Both the position numbers and the translations under genes were made by a program. The notes under the pieces were generated by a model that saw only the letters and a program-made list of their open reading frames with translations, did no database searches and was not told the origin of the DNA. From NCBI GenBank assembly GCA_018663865.1, contig JABJPM010000017.1:1-42346 (forward strand): a stretch of DNA of 42,346 nucleotides, in the 5' to 3' direction. Positions 29,319-39,174 of the stretch are shown here, one piece after another (position 1 is the first letter of the stretch; every line of letters begins with the position of its first letter). This DNA comes from Candidatus Woesearchaeota archaeon (GTDB lineage: Archaea > Nanobdellota > Nanobdellia > SCGC-AAA011-G17 > PNOQ01).

Positions 29319-32300
29319 CTACATAAATTCATTAAGGGCGGATTGTATTTCTGGATCTTTCATAAAAACACTCTCCAACCTTTTTTTTAAAATATCAATG
29401 GACTGCTGAGAATATACTGGTAACTTATATTCATCTGATAATTTCACAATTTTGTCCCAATATTTTACTACTGATCCCTCTGAAATTGTAAATAATAGTC
29501 TTCCCCCGCATGCAGTGCAATTTCCTGCAAGAGGTGGACGCCTAAATTTTTCATTGCAGGCAACACACCTAAATTGTTGCATACTGAATTTACGTAAATT
29601 TCCTTTTAAATCCCTAAGAAAATGCCTCTCGATAACTAATCTAGCAACATCATCCTCATCTACCGCACGGATTTTGCATGCAAGGGACATTTGACCTTTT
29701 ACTTTTTCCCCCATTGTTGGCAAAAATTTATAAGCACTATAAATTACTCCTGAATTAATATTTTTTACAGGATGAGTATATCCGTATTGGGTGAATTCCT
29801 TCGGGGAACCAAGATTATCCTTTAATTGTTCAATTTTAATATCATAAGGCTCTTTGAATTTTTCACAGGCCTCATAGAATTCTAAGGGATAACTCCAAAC
29901 CACATCCATGTTAAAAACCATATCATCCACCTCACTAGGGATTAATTTAGATGATAAAACTAGGCATGCGTCCTGGGTTGCACCCCTGTGGGCAGGTAAA
30001 AAGTGCCTTGAAAAATTTAAAAATCCATCCATCATAAGCATAATCCCATTTTCATCACCATCGCAATCTCTCCTCTGTGCACTATGCCACAAAGGATGTG
30101 CATAACAGCCTTGAGTATCAGAAAATCCCACTATCCTACCAATTATTCCTGCAGAAGTATGGGGGGCTAAACTGATTATTAAATGCCCAATAATATCTTT
30201 TTTATTTTTCAGGTTATAATAGGGTTTGAGCCCATAAAAATTTACCAATAAATCATCAATAAAATTGGCAATCTTGAACATTGCCACATCTGCCCCCTCC
30301 TCAGGAGATCCTGTGCAACCCGGCAATACTACGTCCTGTGGCTTCAGCAATAATATTTGATTATCGTCCACAAGTTCATTACCATATATATCCTTGTCGT
30401 ACCCCAACTCCCTAAGTTTTGCAACAGGTGTATAGACTTCATTTGGTTTAAATTGTGTGAGGGACATTTCAGACATATCATATCGGATTGTACCATCTTT
30501 ATTGACATTCAAATTATGTACTGCCCTCAAAACCCCTTTTGATAAGTGTTCAGATAGATGATTTTGATTTGTAGTCTCCCTTAATCCCTTGATTATTGAA
30601 GGAAATTCAGGGAGGGATAACCTCTTTTTAACATTATCAAGATGATTAGTTATATTTATTTCTCTGACACCATAGCTTTTTACTTTCTCATATTTATTTT
30701 CAACATTCTTATGTAACTCACAAATATCCCCTTCAATATTTTTTTCACATTTTGGACAAAAATATTTTAATTCTGTTTTAGAATTACAACTCTCACATAA
30801 AGGGTAAATTTCATCAGAATCACATTTAGCACAATAATAATTCGGAAATGCAGCAGTTATTTTTCCATTCTCCATCGCTGCCTGAAATGATTTAAATCTT
30901 CCCCCCTCTTCCCCCACAGGAAATAGTGCATGAGGACTGCCAGTTAATTTTCGCAATTTTGCTTTTTCTGGCCGACCCATTCTAGCCCCAATAAAAGTTC
31001 CAGATTTATCCTTTATCTTTGCAAAAGAAAATTTATTTATTATATTTAAAATTTCTTTTTTATCAGATGCATACTGTGTGATTTTTTTAAAATCCATATT
31101 ATTATTATCTATCCCGAGATTCGCCATTAATGCTGCAGCAGTATCACCCTCAATCATTATAAATTCATTATTTGTGATTTTGTGAGGAATGCCCAAATTT
31201 TCCAAAATTACTTTCGGGATTTCACATTCTGCTGTAGAATAATTAATTGGTAAAATAATCTTTGATTCTTTAACATTTATGGCGGAATGCAATAGCCAAT
31301 CAATAAAAATTAAAAATTCTTTGATTGAAACTTCATTCCAGAAAAAAATATATCGGGGGTGTAAGGGGATGCCCATAGTTTCTGAAAGTTTTAGTGCATC
31401 TCTAAAAGAGATTTTTGCAGAGAGGGGATTATTAAATATATTTTTGATAGATATATTTTCGATTCCAGTTAACCTACATATCTCCTCTTGTGTTTTACTT
31501 TTTGATTCTAATTCTTTGAACCACCATTCCTCGCAATAACCTGCTGGAACCAACTTATGTGCCCGATCATAAAAATCACCGTATGGCACAAGGATATCCC
31601 CGAGATATATTATTTTTTCAATATTTTTTTTGTGAGTTTCAATATTGTCCTCGGTTAAATAGACGACCTCACCAGTATCCAATTTAACAATGGGGCCATC
31701 AATACTATCACATGAACTAAGTGCAGTTCCCTTACTTGGGCGTTCCCATTTCAATTGGGTGCCAATCCCAATATAATCTTCTAATATTTTCATGGTTACT
31801 GGACTTATTGCAGTAGAACTAAGGCCAGTATTTCGTGCACGACCATATCTTAATCTGAATCCTCCGCTACGCATTGGATGAGACAATATTGGCCGACCTG
31901 CAACTAAATCTTTGATATATGTATAATCCGGTTTTATTAATTCGCCAGAATTTCCAACAGACTTACCCTTAGATTTTATTTTTTTTTGTAATTTTACGAA
32001 CTCCTCCAAAAATTCCCAATGATCCATATCAAATTCGCCATACCATTTAGAAAATTTTCCCCAAAATTTGGCAAATTTTTGGGCTAGCCCCTCTGCATAA
32101 ACTAAGCAAAATCCATTCCTAAGGACATCTGTACTTACCCTATCCAACCCTTTGTAATTCGGAACATCTAATTTCTCGCTAGGATCACCCTCAATTTGTA
32201 TTGGTAAATGGGTGGATAAAAATTTAACTTCCTCTTCAGAAGGCATATATTGTAAGTTGGTTATCCTATCATGGAAAAAATCCAATTCTGAAAAAGTTCT

Positions 32301-32852
32301 ATTTATCTCGTCTGGAGTAGGATCATATTCTGCATATCCCATTTTTTTCCGGACATAATCACAAACAGCAACAAAAATACAGGTCGCAGTAGTTCCCGCA
32401 CTTCGAATTGGCCCTCCGAAGTATAATGAAAAAAATTGCCCTTGCCCATCCAATCTATCTTTTAATTCCAATCGAATGAAACCTTCTAATGGACTAGCTA
32501 CAACGCCATTTGTAATATATGCTAATCCGACCCTTAATGCAATTTCCATTGCCTCATGTTTATCTTTGAATTTACAAAATTTCTCTTTTGCTACTTCTTC
32601 CGAAATAACAAAACTAATTCTCCAGTCTTGAGATCCCCATTTTTTTTCTAATTCGAGTATTCTCTCACTTAATCCGGACCCCATGATCTGCGGTGCAACT
32701 ACACTAATTAATCCCTCTACCCTTTCGGCCATATTCTTTGCTAAAGGAATTTCAACACTCTCAGAAGGATCGTGCCCTTTGGATCTCGCATTCTGTGCAA
32801 CACTATATCCTTTTGCTACTTCCCCTTCCAATAATTCAAAATATTTTTCCAT
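29319..32852 (-). CDS. polC: DNA polymerase D large subunit DP2
   Basis: GPIRSAGT, GGFRLRYGR, RRDCDGDE catalytic motif, Zn fingers, C-terminal PIP box QSALNEFM; no intein seen. Confidence 0.98.
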   Translation of the reverse strand: MEKYFELLEGEVAKGYSVAQNARSKGHDPSESVEIPLAKNMAERVEGLISVVAPQIMGSGLSERILELEKKWGSQDWRISFVISEEVAKEKFCKFKDKHEAMEIALRVGLAYITNGVVASPLEGFIRLELKDRLDGQGQFFSLYFGGPIRSAGTTATCIFVAVCDYVRKKMGYAEYDPTPDEINRTFSELDFFHDRITNLQYMPSEEEVKFLSTHLPIQIEGDPSEKLDVPNYKGLDRVSTDVLRNGFCLVYAEGLAQKFAKFWGKFSKWYGEFDMDHWEFLEEFVKLQKKIKSKGKSVGNSGELIKPDYTYIKDLVAGRPILSHPMRSGGFRLRYGRARNTGLSSTAISPVTMKILEDYIGIGTQLKWERPSKGTALSSCDSIDGPIVKLDTGEVVYLTEDNIETHKKNIEKIIYLGDILVPYGDFYDRAHKLVPAGYCEEWWFKELESKSKTQEEICRLTGIENISIKNIFNNPLSAKISFRDALKLSETMGIPLHPRYIFFWNEVSIKEFLIFIDWLLHSAINVKESKIILPINYSTAECEIPKVILENLGIPHKITNNEFIMIEGDTAAALMANLGIDNNNMDFKKITQYASDKKEILNIINKFSFAKIKDKSGTFIGARMGRPEKAKLRKLTGSPHALFPVGEEGGRFKSFQAAMENGKITAAFPNYYCAKCDSDEIYPLCESCNSKTELKYFCPKCEKNIEGDICELHKNVENKYEKVKSYGVREINITNHLDNVKKRLSLPEFPSIIKGLRETTNQNHLSEHLSKGVLRAVHNLNVNKDGTIRYDMSEMSLTQFKPNEVYTPVAKLRELGYDKDIYGNELVDDNQILLLKPQDVVLPGCTGSPEEGADVAMFKIANFIDDLLVNFYGLKPYYNLKNKKDIIGHLIISLAPHTSAGIIGRIVGFSDTQGCYAHPLWHSAQRRDCDGDENGIMLMMDGFLNFSRHFLPAHRGATQDACLVLSSKLIPSEVDDMVFNMDVVWSYPLEFYEACEKFKEPYDIKIEQLKDNLGSPKEFTQYGYTHPVKNINSGVIYSAYKFLPTMGEKVKGQMSLACKIRAVDEDDVARLVIERHFLRDLKGNLRKFSMQQFRCVACNEKFRRPPLAGNCTACGGRLLFTISEGSVVKYWDKIVKLSDEYKLPVYSQQSIDILKKRLESVFMKDPEIQSALNEFM

Positions 32853-34325
32853 TTATTCACAAAATTTCATTAATTTAACATCTCTAGTTTGTAGACTTAC
32901 CAATGGGACTCTGCAGGGTTCAGGATGGTGTCCGACTTTTTCCTGAAATTTAGTAATAGCTTGCCAACAACTTCCAGAAATTAAAGTTGTTTTACCATAA
33001 TGGCTGACGCTTGATTTATGGATGTGCCCTGAAGCAAAAAAATCAGGGACATCTTTGATTATTAAATCATCTCTGTCGGGTTCAACTACGAATAATGTTG
33101 AACCATGGGATGGCGCAAGGTGCCTTTTTTTCATTAAAAATTTCATAACTAAATCTGCACGATCATATCCTCCTTGTTCCCTGATACTTTCAACCTGGTC
33201 AATATAATAATCAAAACTATATCCATGATACATTAAAACATTAAAACCCTCAAAATTATCTTTTGATCCGATATTGACTACAGCGGGATTACTTACAATA
33301 TGGACATTATCCATTGCGTAAAGATTACTTGCAAATTCCTCATCGAGAACTGGTTGAGGTTCGGCCAATCTTAGTGCGTCATGATTTCCGGGGCAAACAA
33401 TAATTTGTAAATCGCTCCGCATTTTGGAAAAATAGTGCGCACATTGATCATATTGATCTTTTATGTTGGGAATGGATAATTCTGCCTCCTGATTAGGATA
33501 GATCCCTGCACCATCTACAATGTCACCTATAACAAATAAATATTTGACAGATTTTGCCATTTTTTGTTGCTCTTCACTACCAGAATTACCATTTATCCAA
33601 TCTATGAATTTTTCAAATTCCTTTTCCAAAAACATATCGGACCCGACATGTATATCGGAAATAAATGCGGCATGCTCATTAATTATAGATTTTTTCATAA
33701 TATTATCTTCGATTTTGACATCGGGAAAAAATAATTCATTTACAAATACAATCTTGTTCCCCATGTTGCCAACCAGCCCTATTACTTCATCGGGCACTAT
33801 ATCCTTCGCCATATCAAAAATTTCTTTTTTTGTTGAATTTATTAAAACTTTTATTTTTCCAGTTGGATCTTCAATTTCTAACATTACATTGCCATTTTTT
33901 GTCATTTTTTTACTATATACTAATCCAATCAAGGACACCTTTTCTCTTTGCATTTTAGAAAATGTCCTACTAACAGACATAACATCTGTCAATTCAATTC
34001 TGCCCTGCAATAATTTACTCATAAATTTATATCTTGTCCTGTAATGTTCGATAAAATGCCCGATTTCTATTTTACTTAATTTATCTTCATATGAATCTAT
34101 AATTTTAACATTCCCAATTAAAGGAGATTCACCCTGTGAACTTGAATTTTCACATTTTAAATATTTTAATTTTAATTTGTCTAATATGGACTTATTCAAT
34201 ACTTGACCCCTAATCTCATTGGCATGGCCATTGATTAAATCAAAAGAGGAATCATCAATCAAACTAATCACATCGGGATCAAGAAATATCCCCTCATCCA
34301 TCAAATTTTTTATTTTTTCATTCAT
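32853..34325 (-). CDS. polB: DNA polymerase D small subunit DP1 (proofreading exonuclease)
   Basis: SDIHVGS, GDIVDG, PGNHD, YHG, RHLAP, GHIH; ATG 34325 overlaps the cdc6 stop (ATGA). Confidence 0.97.
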   Translation of the reverse strand: MNEKIKNLMDEGIFLDPDVISLIDDSSFDLINGHANEIRGQVLNKSILDKLKLKYLKCENSSSQGESPLIGNVKIIDSYEDKLSKIEIGHFIEHYRTRYKFMSKLLQGRIELTDVMSVSRTFSKMQREKVSLIGLVYSKKMTKNGNVMLEIEDPTGKIKVLINSTKKEIFDMAKDIVPDEVIGLVGNMGNKIVFVNELFFPDVKIEDNIMKKSIINEHAAFISDIHVGSDMFLEKEFEKFIDWINGNSGSEEQQKMAKSVKYLFVIGDIVDGAGIYPNQEAELSIPNIKDQYDQCAHYFSKMRSDLQIIVCPGNHDALRLAEPQPVLDEEFASNLYAMDNVHIVSNPAVVNIGSKDNFEGFNVLMYHGYSFDYYIDQVESIREQGGYDRADLVMKFLMKKRHLAPSHGSTLFVVEPDRDDLIIKDVPDFFASGHIHKSSVSHYGKTTLISGSCWQAITKFQEKVGHHPEPCRVPLVSLQTRDVKLMKFCE

Positions 34326-35536
34326 ATACTGAGCCACCCACGCAATTGAGAAATTAATCCAGGTATACTTGACTGCGGCATGGCAAGACCAATTTCCTTT
34401 GTACGCCCATATCGCCCCTTACTAATAACTTTAGCATTGATTATACCCAACATGTCTAATTCTGCAATTAGGTCTGACAATCTCCTTTGTGTTAAAGGTT
34501 TTAATCCGCATTTTATGCAGAGGTTCATATATACCTCATATACATCTCCAGTAAAAAATTTCTCATTACCTTTTTTTTCATATAGATCAAAAATCGCCAA
34601 TAAAGTTAATTGTGATTGTTTAGGCAAGGTATTTATTACCTCTACAACTAAATCATTTTCTATTTTTGATTCAGCCTCATCAATATGCACTATATCCACT
34701 TTCAAATCATTTTTTCGTTCAGCTAGCTCCCCTGCAACCCTCAATAGATCTAAGGCCCTCCTGGCATCACCATGCTCCCTTGCGGCATAGGCAGCACATT
34801 TTTCAATTACTCCCTCAGAGATAGAGCCATCTTTGAATGCACCTTTTGATCTTTCAAGTAAAATATCTTGCAATTGTAATGCATTATATGATGGAAAATT
34901 TAAATCCTCCTCTGCGAGAGAAGATTTTATTCTCGGATCAAGATCGTTTGCAAACCGGAGATCGTTTGATACCCCTACAAATGTCACCTGAGTATTTTTT
35001 AATTCTGCATTCATCCGGGTTAAATTATAGAGAATTTCATCTCCTGCCTTTTTTACTAGTTGATCAATTTCATCAAGAATTAAAATTATTTGATTAGGGC
35101 CAGCCTCAATATTTTTTATGAATAATCGGTAGACTTCATCAGTAGGTAATCCTGTGACAGGAATATTCTTTTGCCCAAACTCTCTAGCCAAACTAGCAAT
35201 GAGCCTATATTCTGTATCTGCAACCCTTTTTAATTTACAATTAATATAAACTACTTTTAAGGGTAAATCCTTACTATTGGAAATCTCCCTAAGATTATTT
35301 GTTACATGCAATACTGACAAAGTTTTTCCAGTACCAGTTTTACCATATAGAAATAAATTTGAAGGTTTCTCATTTCTAAGTACTGGGGCAAGGACACCTG
35401 CAATCTCATTAATCTGCTCATCCCTGTGAGGGATAGTGTCCGGAGTATAACTTGTTTGCAAAATCTTTTTATTTTTGAAAATCGATTCTTTTCCAAGGTA
35501 ATCTTCAAAAAAATTTTTTATCCCATCTTTTGTCAT
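34322..35536 (-). CDS. cdc6: Cdc6/Orc1 replication initiator
   Basis: GKTGTGKT, ILDEID, HGDARRALDLLR, C-terminal wHTH with KGRYGRT. Confidence 0.97.
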   Translation of the reverse strand: MTKDGIKNFFEDYLGKESIFKNKKILQTSYTPDTIPHRDEQINEIAGVLAPVLRNEKPSNLFLYGKTGTGKTLSVLHVTNNLREISNSKDLPLKVVYINCKLKRVADTEYRLIASLAREFGQKNIPVTGLPTDEVYRLFIKNIEAGPNQIILILDEIDQLVKKAGDEILYNLTRMNAELKNTQVTFVGVSNDLRFANDLDPRIKSSLAEEDLNFPSYNALQLQDILLERSKGAFKDGSISEGVIEKCAAYAAREHGDARRALDLLRVAGELAERKNDLKVDIVHIDEAESKIENDLVVEVINTLPKQSQLTLLAIFDLYEKKGNEKFFTGDVYEVYMNLCIKCGLKPLTQRRLSDLIAELDMLGIINAKVISKGRYGRTKEIGLAMPQSSIPGLISQLRGWLSI

Positions 35537-35598
35537 TTTATTTTTCAAAATAGAAAATATCTATTTAAACATTGTTATATTTGAAAATAGACTCCTAG

Positions 35599-35618
35599 CC
35601 CTTCATTTCCTTTGGAAC
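35599..35618 (-). promoter_or_regulatory. Origin recognition box (ORB)
   Basis: Minus strand GTTCCAAAGGAAATGAAGGG, similar to the archaeal consensus GTTCCAGTGGAAAC...GGGG. Confidence 0.8.
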
Positions 35619-35640
35619 AATAAATTTAGAAAAAAGCATA

Positions 35641-35667
35641 CCCTTGAATTTTTATTTCTAGTAGAAA
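35641..35667 (-). promoter_or_regulatory. Degenerate ORB/mini-ORB
   Basis: Minus strand TTTCTACTAGAAATAAAAATTCAAGGG. Confidence 0.5.
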
Positions 35668-35688
35668 AATGCCCTGAATACAATTGAA

Positions 35689-35895
35689 ATATATATACTA
35701 TATAATATATTTATATAATATATATATAATATAATAATAAAACTTAAAAACAAAAATTTAATTAAAAATTAAAAATTTTTCAAATATATGCCAATACAAA
35801 CCTCCTACTGCCATAATAATATAATATAATATAATATAATATAATTATTATCGAAGATAAAACAAAAACAAAAACAAAAACAAAAAAATAAAATG
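35689..35895. repeat. AT-rich DNA-unwinding element with (ATAAT)n and (AAAAAC)n microrepeats
   Basis: TA-rich run 35689-35742, about six ATAAT units near 35816-35845, about four AAAAAC units near 35858-35887. Confidence 0.75.
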
Positions 35896-35910
35896 GACTC
35901 CATTAGAAAT
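35896..35910 (+). promoter_or_regulatory. Mini-ORB-like element
   Basis: GACTCCATTAGAAAT. Confidence 0.5.
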
Positions 35911-35926
35911 TTTAATAATTAAACAT

Positions 35927-35955
35927 CTCCACTGGCAACAAAGGTCCGGGGGGGT
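35927..35955 (+). promoter_or_regulatory. ORB with G-string
   Basis: CTCCACTGGCAACAAAGGTCCGGGGGGGT. Confidence 0.75.
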
Positions 35956-35995
35956 AAACCATAATTTTATATATTAATTAAAATATTAATAATAT

Positions 35996-36289
35996 ATGAA
36001 TCTAATAATGTTACTAATTATTGTAGGGATCACAATCTTTGTATTAGAAATGGCAAAACATGTAGTATTCAAATCATTCTCAAAAACAATGATAATGATC
36101 ATAATGGTTTTAGGTGTTTTTTTTGTGATAATTGCAACACTATATAGCCAAAATGATATAGAAACTGATAATCCTGCCATAATCTCTGGCGCAGCAATAA
36201 TAAATACATTAAACGAAGACGGATATTTTGAAAATTTAAATGAAAAATTTGAAGGGATAAAACAAGATCTAAGTGACTCATTTAGTTAG
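35996..36289 (+). CDS. Small two-TM hypothetical protein
   Basis: Two hydrophobic helices and an acidic tail. Confidence 0.7.
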   Translation: MNLIMLLIIVGITIFVLEMAKHVVFKSFSKTMIMIIMVLGVFFVIIATLYSQNDIETDNPAIISGAAIINTLNEDGYFENLNEKFEGIKQDLSDSFS

Positions 36290-36345
36290 GAAATTTTTAT
36301 AAACATATGCCTAATTACAATATATAATAAGGAGGATTGCCCAAA

Positions 36346-36606
36346 ATGGTTGATGATAAAAAATATGCAAAACAAATTTTAGGGAAAGTGGTAGTGAGTA
36401 AGGCCGGAAAAAGATTCGGAGAAGTAGGTAATTTAGTTTTTGAAACAAGGACTGGAGAATTATTACAAATTATCTTAAAAAATCCAACTGGTTTTACAGA
36501 AGGATTGGATTTAGAAAAAGATGCCACTGGAAATCTATTAATACCTCATAGCTCCGTCATAGCAGTAGGGGATTTTATAGTAGTAGCGGAAGAAGATATA
36601 ATCTAG
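36346..36606 (+). CDS. PRC-barrel protein, CdpB1-like cell-division factor
   Basis: ILGKVVVSKAGKRFGEVGNLVFETRTGEL...LLIPHSSVIAVGDFIVV. Confidence 0.85.
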   Translation: MVDDKKYAKQILGKVVVSKAGKRFGEVGNLVFETRTGELLQIILKNPTGFTEGLDLEKDATGNLLIPHSSVIAVGDFIVVAEEDII

Positions 36607-36649
36607 AAAGTTTTATAAATAACATGATAACATCAGGAAGGTGATAACA

Positions 36650-37054
36650 ATGTCAATAGTAGGATTCAATTTTGAAAAAATAATGGTAGAAAAAAAGAAT
36701 AAGGTTAGCTCTAATTTGAAAATCAAGAGCAATCTATCAATAGTGGACATAGAGAAAGAAAACTTGAATTTAACAAGTGCAGGAGATGTATTAAAATTCA
36801 ATTTCGAATATGGAGTGGATTACGAACCAGAGATTGGGAAAATTGTCCTAAATGGTAATTTATTATATATGGAAGATCCAGAAAATATTAAAAAAATATT
36901 GGAAGATTGGAAAAAAGATAAAAAATTGCCCAAACCATTAATGGCACAAATATTCAATACCATTTTGGCAAAGAGTAATATCAAAGCACTTTCCTTGACT
37001 CAAGAGGTTAATCTGCCACCGCATATAAAATTACCAATTTTAAAGAATAAATAA
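36650..37054 (+). CDS. Conserved archaeal hypothetical protein (possibly SecB-like fold)
   Basis: Four beta-strand-like segments, helix, and NLPPHIKLP end; AGGTGA SD. Confidence 0.7.
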   Translation: MSIVGFNFEKIMVEKKNKVSSNLKIKSNLSIVDIEKENLNLTSAGDVLKFNFEYGVDYEPEIGKIVLNGNLLYMEDPENIKKILEDWKKDKKLPKPLMAQIFNTILAKSNIKALSLTQEVNLPPHIKLPILKNK

Positions 37055-37058
37055 ATTT

Positions 37059-37166
37059 TTAAAAAAAATCATTTAATGATTTTATTTCTTTTTCTTTTTC
37101 TAATGCGTCTTCCCAACAACATTTCTCACTATCCATTATTTTCAACACGGTCAATTCTCTATTCAT
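37059..37166 (-). CDS. Possible 35-aa small protein with PIP-like C-terminus
   Basis: MNRELTVLKIMDSEKCCWEDALEKEKEIKSLNDFF; TTTAAA about 21 bp upstream. Confidence 0.4.
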   Translation of the reverse strand: MNRELTVLKIMDSEKCCWEDALEKEKEIKSLNDFF

Positions 37167-37334
37167 ATTATAAATTTTAATTATACATTTAAATATATTG
37201 ATGCCATAAATAATATTCTTTGCCACATGTATTTTCTATCCCGATACCACTACAAAATTATTTTGGCAATTTTTCTTTTTAGTTGTAACAACACATATAG
37301 AAAGGTATATAATCCTAAATTATATTAAAGTAAT

Positions 37335-38024
37335 ATGGCAATCACAACAATAATTATTTTAACAATATTATTATTTATTTTTTACAAGATAACACATATA
37401 ATCTGGAAAGCAATAATATATACTTTGATTATATTGCTCGTTATCATGGGGACTACAACATATCTGGTGTATAATGATGTTCAAAAAATAATATCTGATG
37501 ACAAAATTATTATTATTTCAAATGAAAATGAAGTTTTAACCGGGGCAATATTTTCGAATAACAATGAAAAGATGACATATTTGGATCAAAACGAGATTGA
37601 CAATTATTCGATATTATTGGGACAAGGGAATATGGGTGCAATAAAAGGTGAAAAATACATCTTAGCAAGGTTAGATATTTCTAATTTATCTGACATGGGG
37701 AATATTAGTTATTCAAACATAACGATGAATCTTGATGAAGTAAAACAATTAATGTTGGCAAGAACTCTCGACGAATTCCCAATTAATTTTAATGATTTAT
37801 CGGAATTTGAGGATGATCAAGTTTTAGAGGATACTGATAAATTGATAAAATGCAAAATGCGCCTTTCAATGCTATTGATGAGGGGGATGATGGTAAAAAG
37901 CATACTATTTGATAATTTATCAATATATCCTGAACGAATAACCTCGAAACTAATTGAAGAATTTCCAAAAATATCTCTGTTGGCAAAAAATAAACTGGAC
38001 GAACATACATTAAAAAATGGATGA
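37335..38024 (+). CDS. Membrane-anchored hypothetical protein
   Basis: Two N-terminal TM helices followed by a soluble domain. Confidence 0.7.
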   Translation: MAITTIIILTILLFIFYKITHIIWKAIIYTLIILLVIMGTTTYLVYNDVQKIISDDKIIIISNENEVLTGAIFSNNNEKMTYLDQNEIDNYSILLGQGNMGAIKGEKYILARLDISNLSDMGNISYSNITMNLDEVKQLMLARTLDEFPINFNDLSEFEDDQVLEDTDKLIKCKMRLSMLLMRGMMVKSILFDNLSIYPERITSKLIEEFPKISLLAKNKLDEHTLKNG

Positions 38025-38550
38025 TCTGTCAATAATCTCGGATGACGGGGAATATCAAACAATAAACAAAAGGAAGAAAAAGATAATGGGCCTAACAATT
38101 ATCTTATTAATTAGTTCTTATTTTTTATTGGGCAATGCCGCATTCCCATTTCTGGCAAGCATGTCCGAATCAATTGAAATAGATAACAATAGGATACACG
38201 TCGGGCCCAATCTAACAATAATATTTGAGGACAACACCTATGGGGTCATTCAAAATATGTACTTGCAAAGCCAATCAGTAGAATTTGCAGTATGTCTATT
38301 CGGGGATGTCCGTGGTGGAAATTACATTATCGATGAAGTGTATGCGCCTCAAGCAATCGATCAATCATTCAATCACATAAAATTTAAATCTTGCCCCCTA
38401 GATACATTGATACTGTTACACTCTCACCCTCATAAGAAGTGTATAGCATCCAATCAAGACATAAATACTTTACAAACAATAAAAGAAAGGAATAATGATT
38501 CTCTAATAGTGGTCATGTGCGACACCAATAAATTTTCAGTTTATGATTAA
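38017..38550 (+). CDS. Membrane-anchored JAMM/MPN+ metalloprotease-like protein
   Basis: E(FAVCL)...HSH-x7-S-x2-D (HSHPHKKCIASNQD); TM after KRKKK. Confidence 0.8.
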   Translation: MDDLSIISDDGEYQTINKRKKKIMGLTIILLISSYFLLGNAAFPFLASMSESIEIDNNRIHVGPNLTIIFEDNTYGVIQNMYLQSQSVEFAVCLFGDVRGGNYIIDEVYAPQAIDQSFNHIKFKSCPLDTLILLHSHPHKKCIASNQDINTLQTIKERNNDSLIVVMCDTNKFSVYD

Positions 38551-38600
38551 CAAATCCTTCTAACCGAATAACTTAAATAGTGGTATTGAAAACAAGGTAT

Positions 38601-38876
38601 ATGCCAAAAATAAGCGATAAAAAAATAGAAAGAATAAAAGAAGGAATAATCTCTTACCTTTATGATCACCCTGCAAAACCATTATTTACTTCTCAAATAG
38701 CGGAAGAAATGATAAGGGACGAGGAATTTATTTTGAGATTGTTGAATGAGCTCTATGCTTCAAAATTAATAAAAAAAATATCTTCAAATTCAAAAGGAAA
38801 GGAATTTTTATCGAGGAGAAAATGGACCTTAAGGGCAGAAGTATATACAAAATATAGTGAATTGGTAAATAACTAA
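38601..38876 (+). CDS. Small winged-helix DNA-binding protein
   Basis: IISYLY..PLFTSQIAEEMIRDEEFILRLLNEL..KLI...RRKWTL. Confidence 0.72.
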   Translation: MPKISDKKIERIKEGIISYLYDHPAKPLFTSQIAEEMIRDEEFILRLLNELYASKLIKKISSNSKGKEFLSRRKWTLRAEVYTKYSELVNN

Positions 38877-38931
38877 TTAGTTATATTTCTCACTTTATTT
38901 CTTTTGTTAATCAATTGCTTCTTGAGAGATT

Positions 38932-39001
38932 CAATTCATTACTAATCAATAACCGATCAATCAATCACCAATCAATCACTAATTAATCACTAATTAATCA
39001 C
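38932..39001 (+). repeat. Intergenic direct-repeat array, 11-bp unit YAATYAATCAC
   Basis: Four exact tandem units at 38958, 38969, 38980 and 38991; two degenerate units at 38932 and 38943. Confidence 0.9.
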
Positions 39002-39174
39002 GCACCATGGATACTCATATTTACTTGCCTAATCAACATAAAACTAGATCAAACGTTCTTATTTTCTGGCTTTCTCACAAATACACTTAGAAATCGGGCC
39101 TAACTTTCACTTAATACATATATTAATCTCATAAAACTATAAAAATGAACCCTCACTCTTTATTTTTGAGATAG

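Larger units (their letters stand above)
35549..35995. other. Probable chromosomal replication origin (oriC)
   Basis: Intergenic region upstream of cdc6; ORB-like elements in opposite orientation flanking a nearly pure A/T tract; overall gene orientation switches here. Confidence 0.85.

Noticed and set aside
32959-32971. GCTTGCCAACAAC copy of the radA promoter box inside DP1
   Set aside because: Lies antisense within the conserved SGSCWQA codons with no TATA at the right spacing; likely coincidence.
29319-35536. Inteins in DP2 or Cdc6 (also checked RadA)
   Set aside because: Protein lengths are normal and no intein splice or LAGLIDADG motifs were seen.
36523-36535. CCACTGGAAAT ORB-like cores here, near 1110, and TTCCAGTGG near 5189
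   Set aside because: Explained by Thr/Ser-Gly codons and lacking the G-string; they show that short cores arise by chance.
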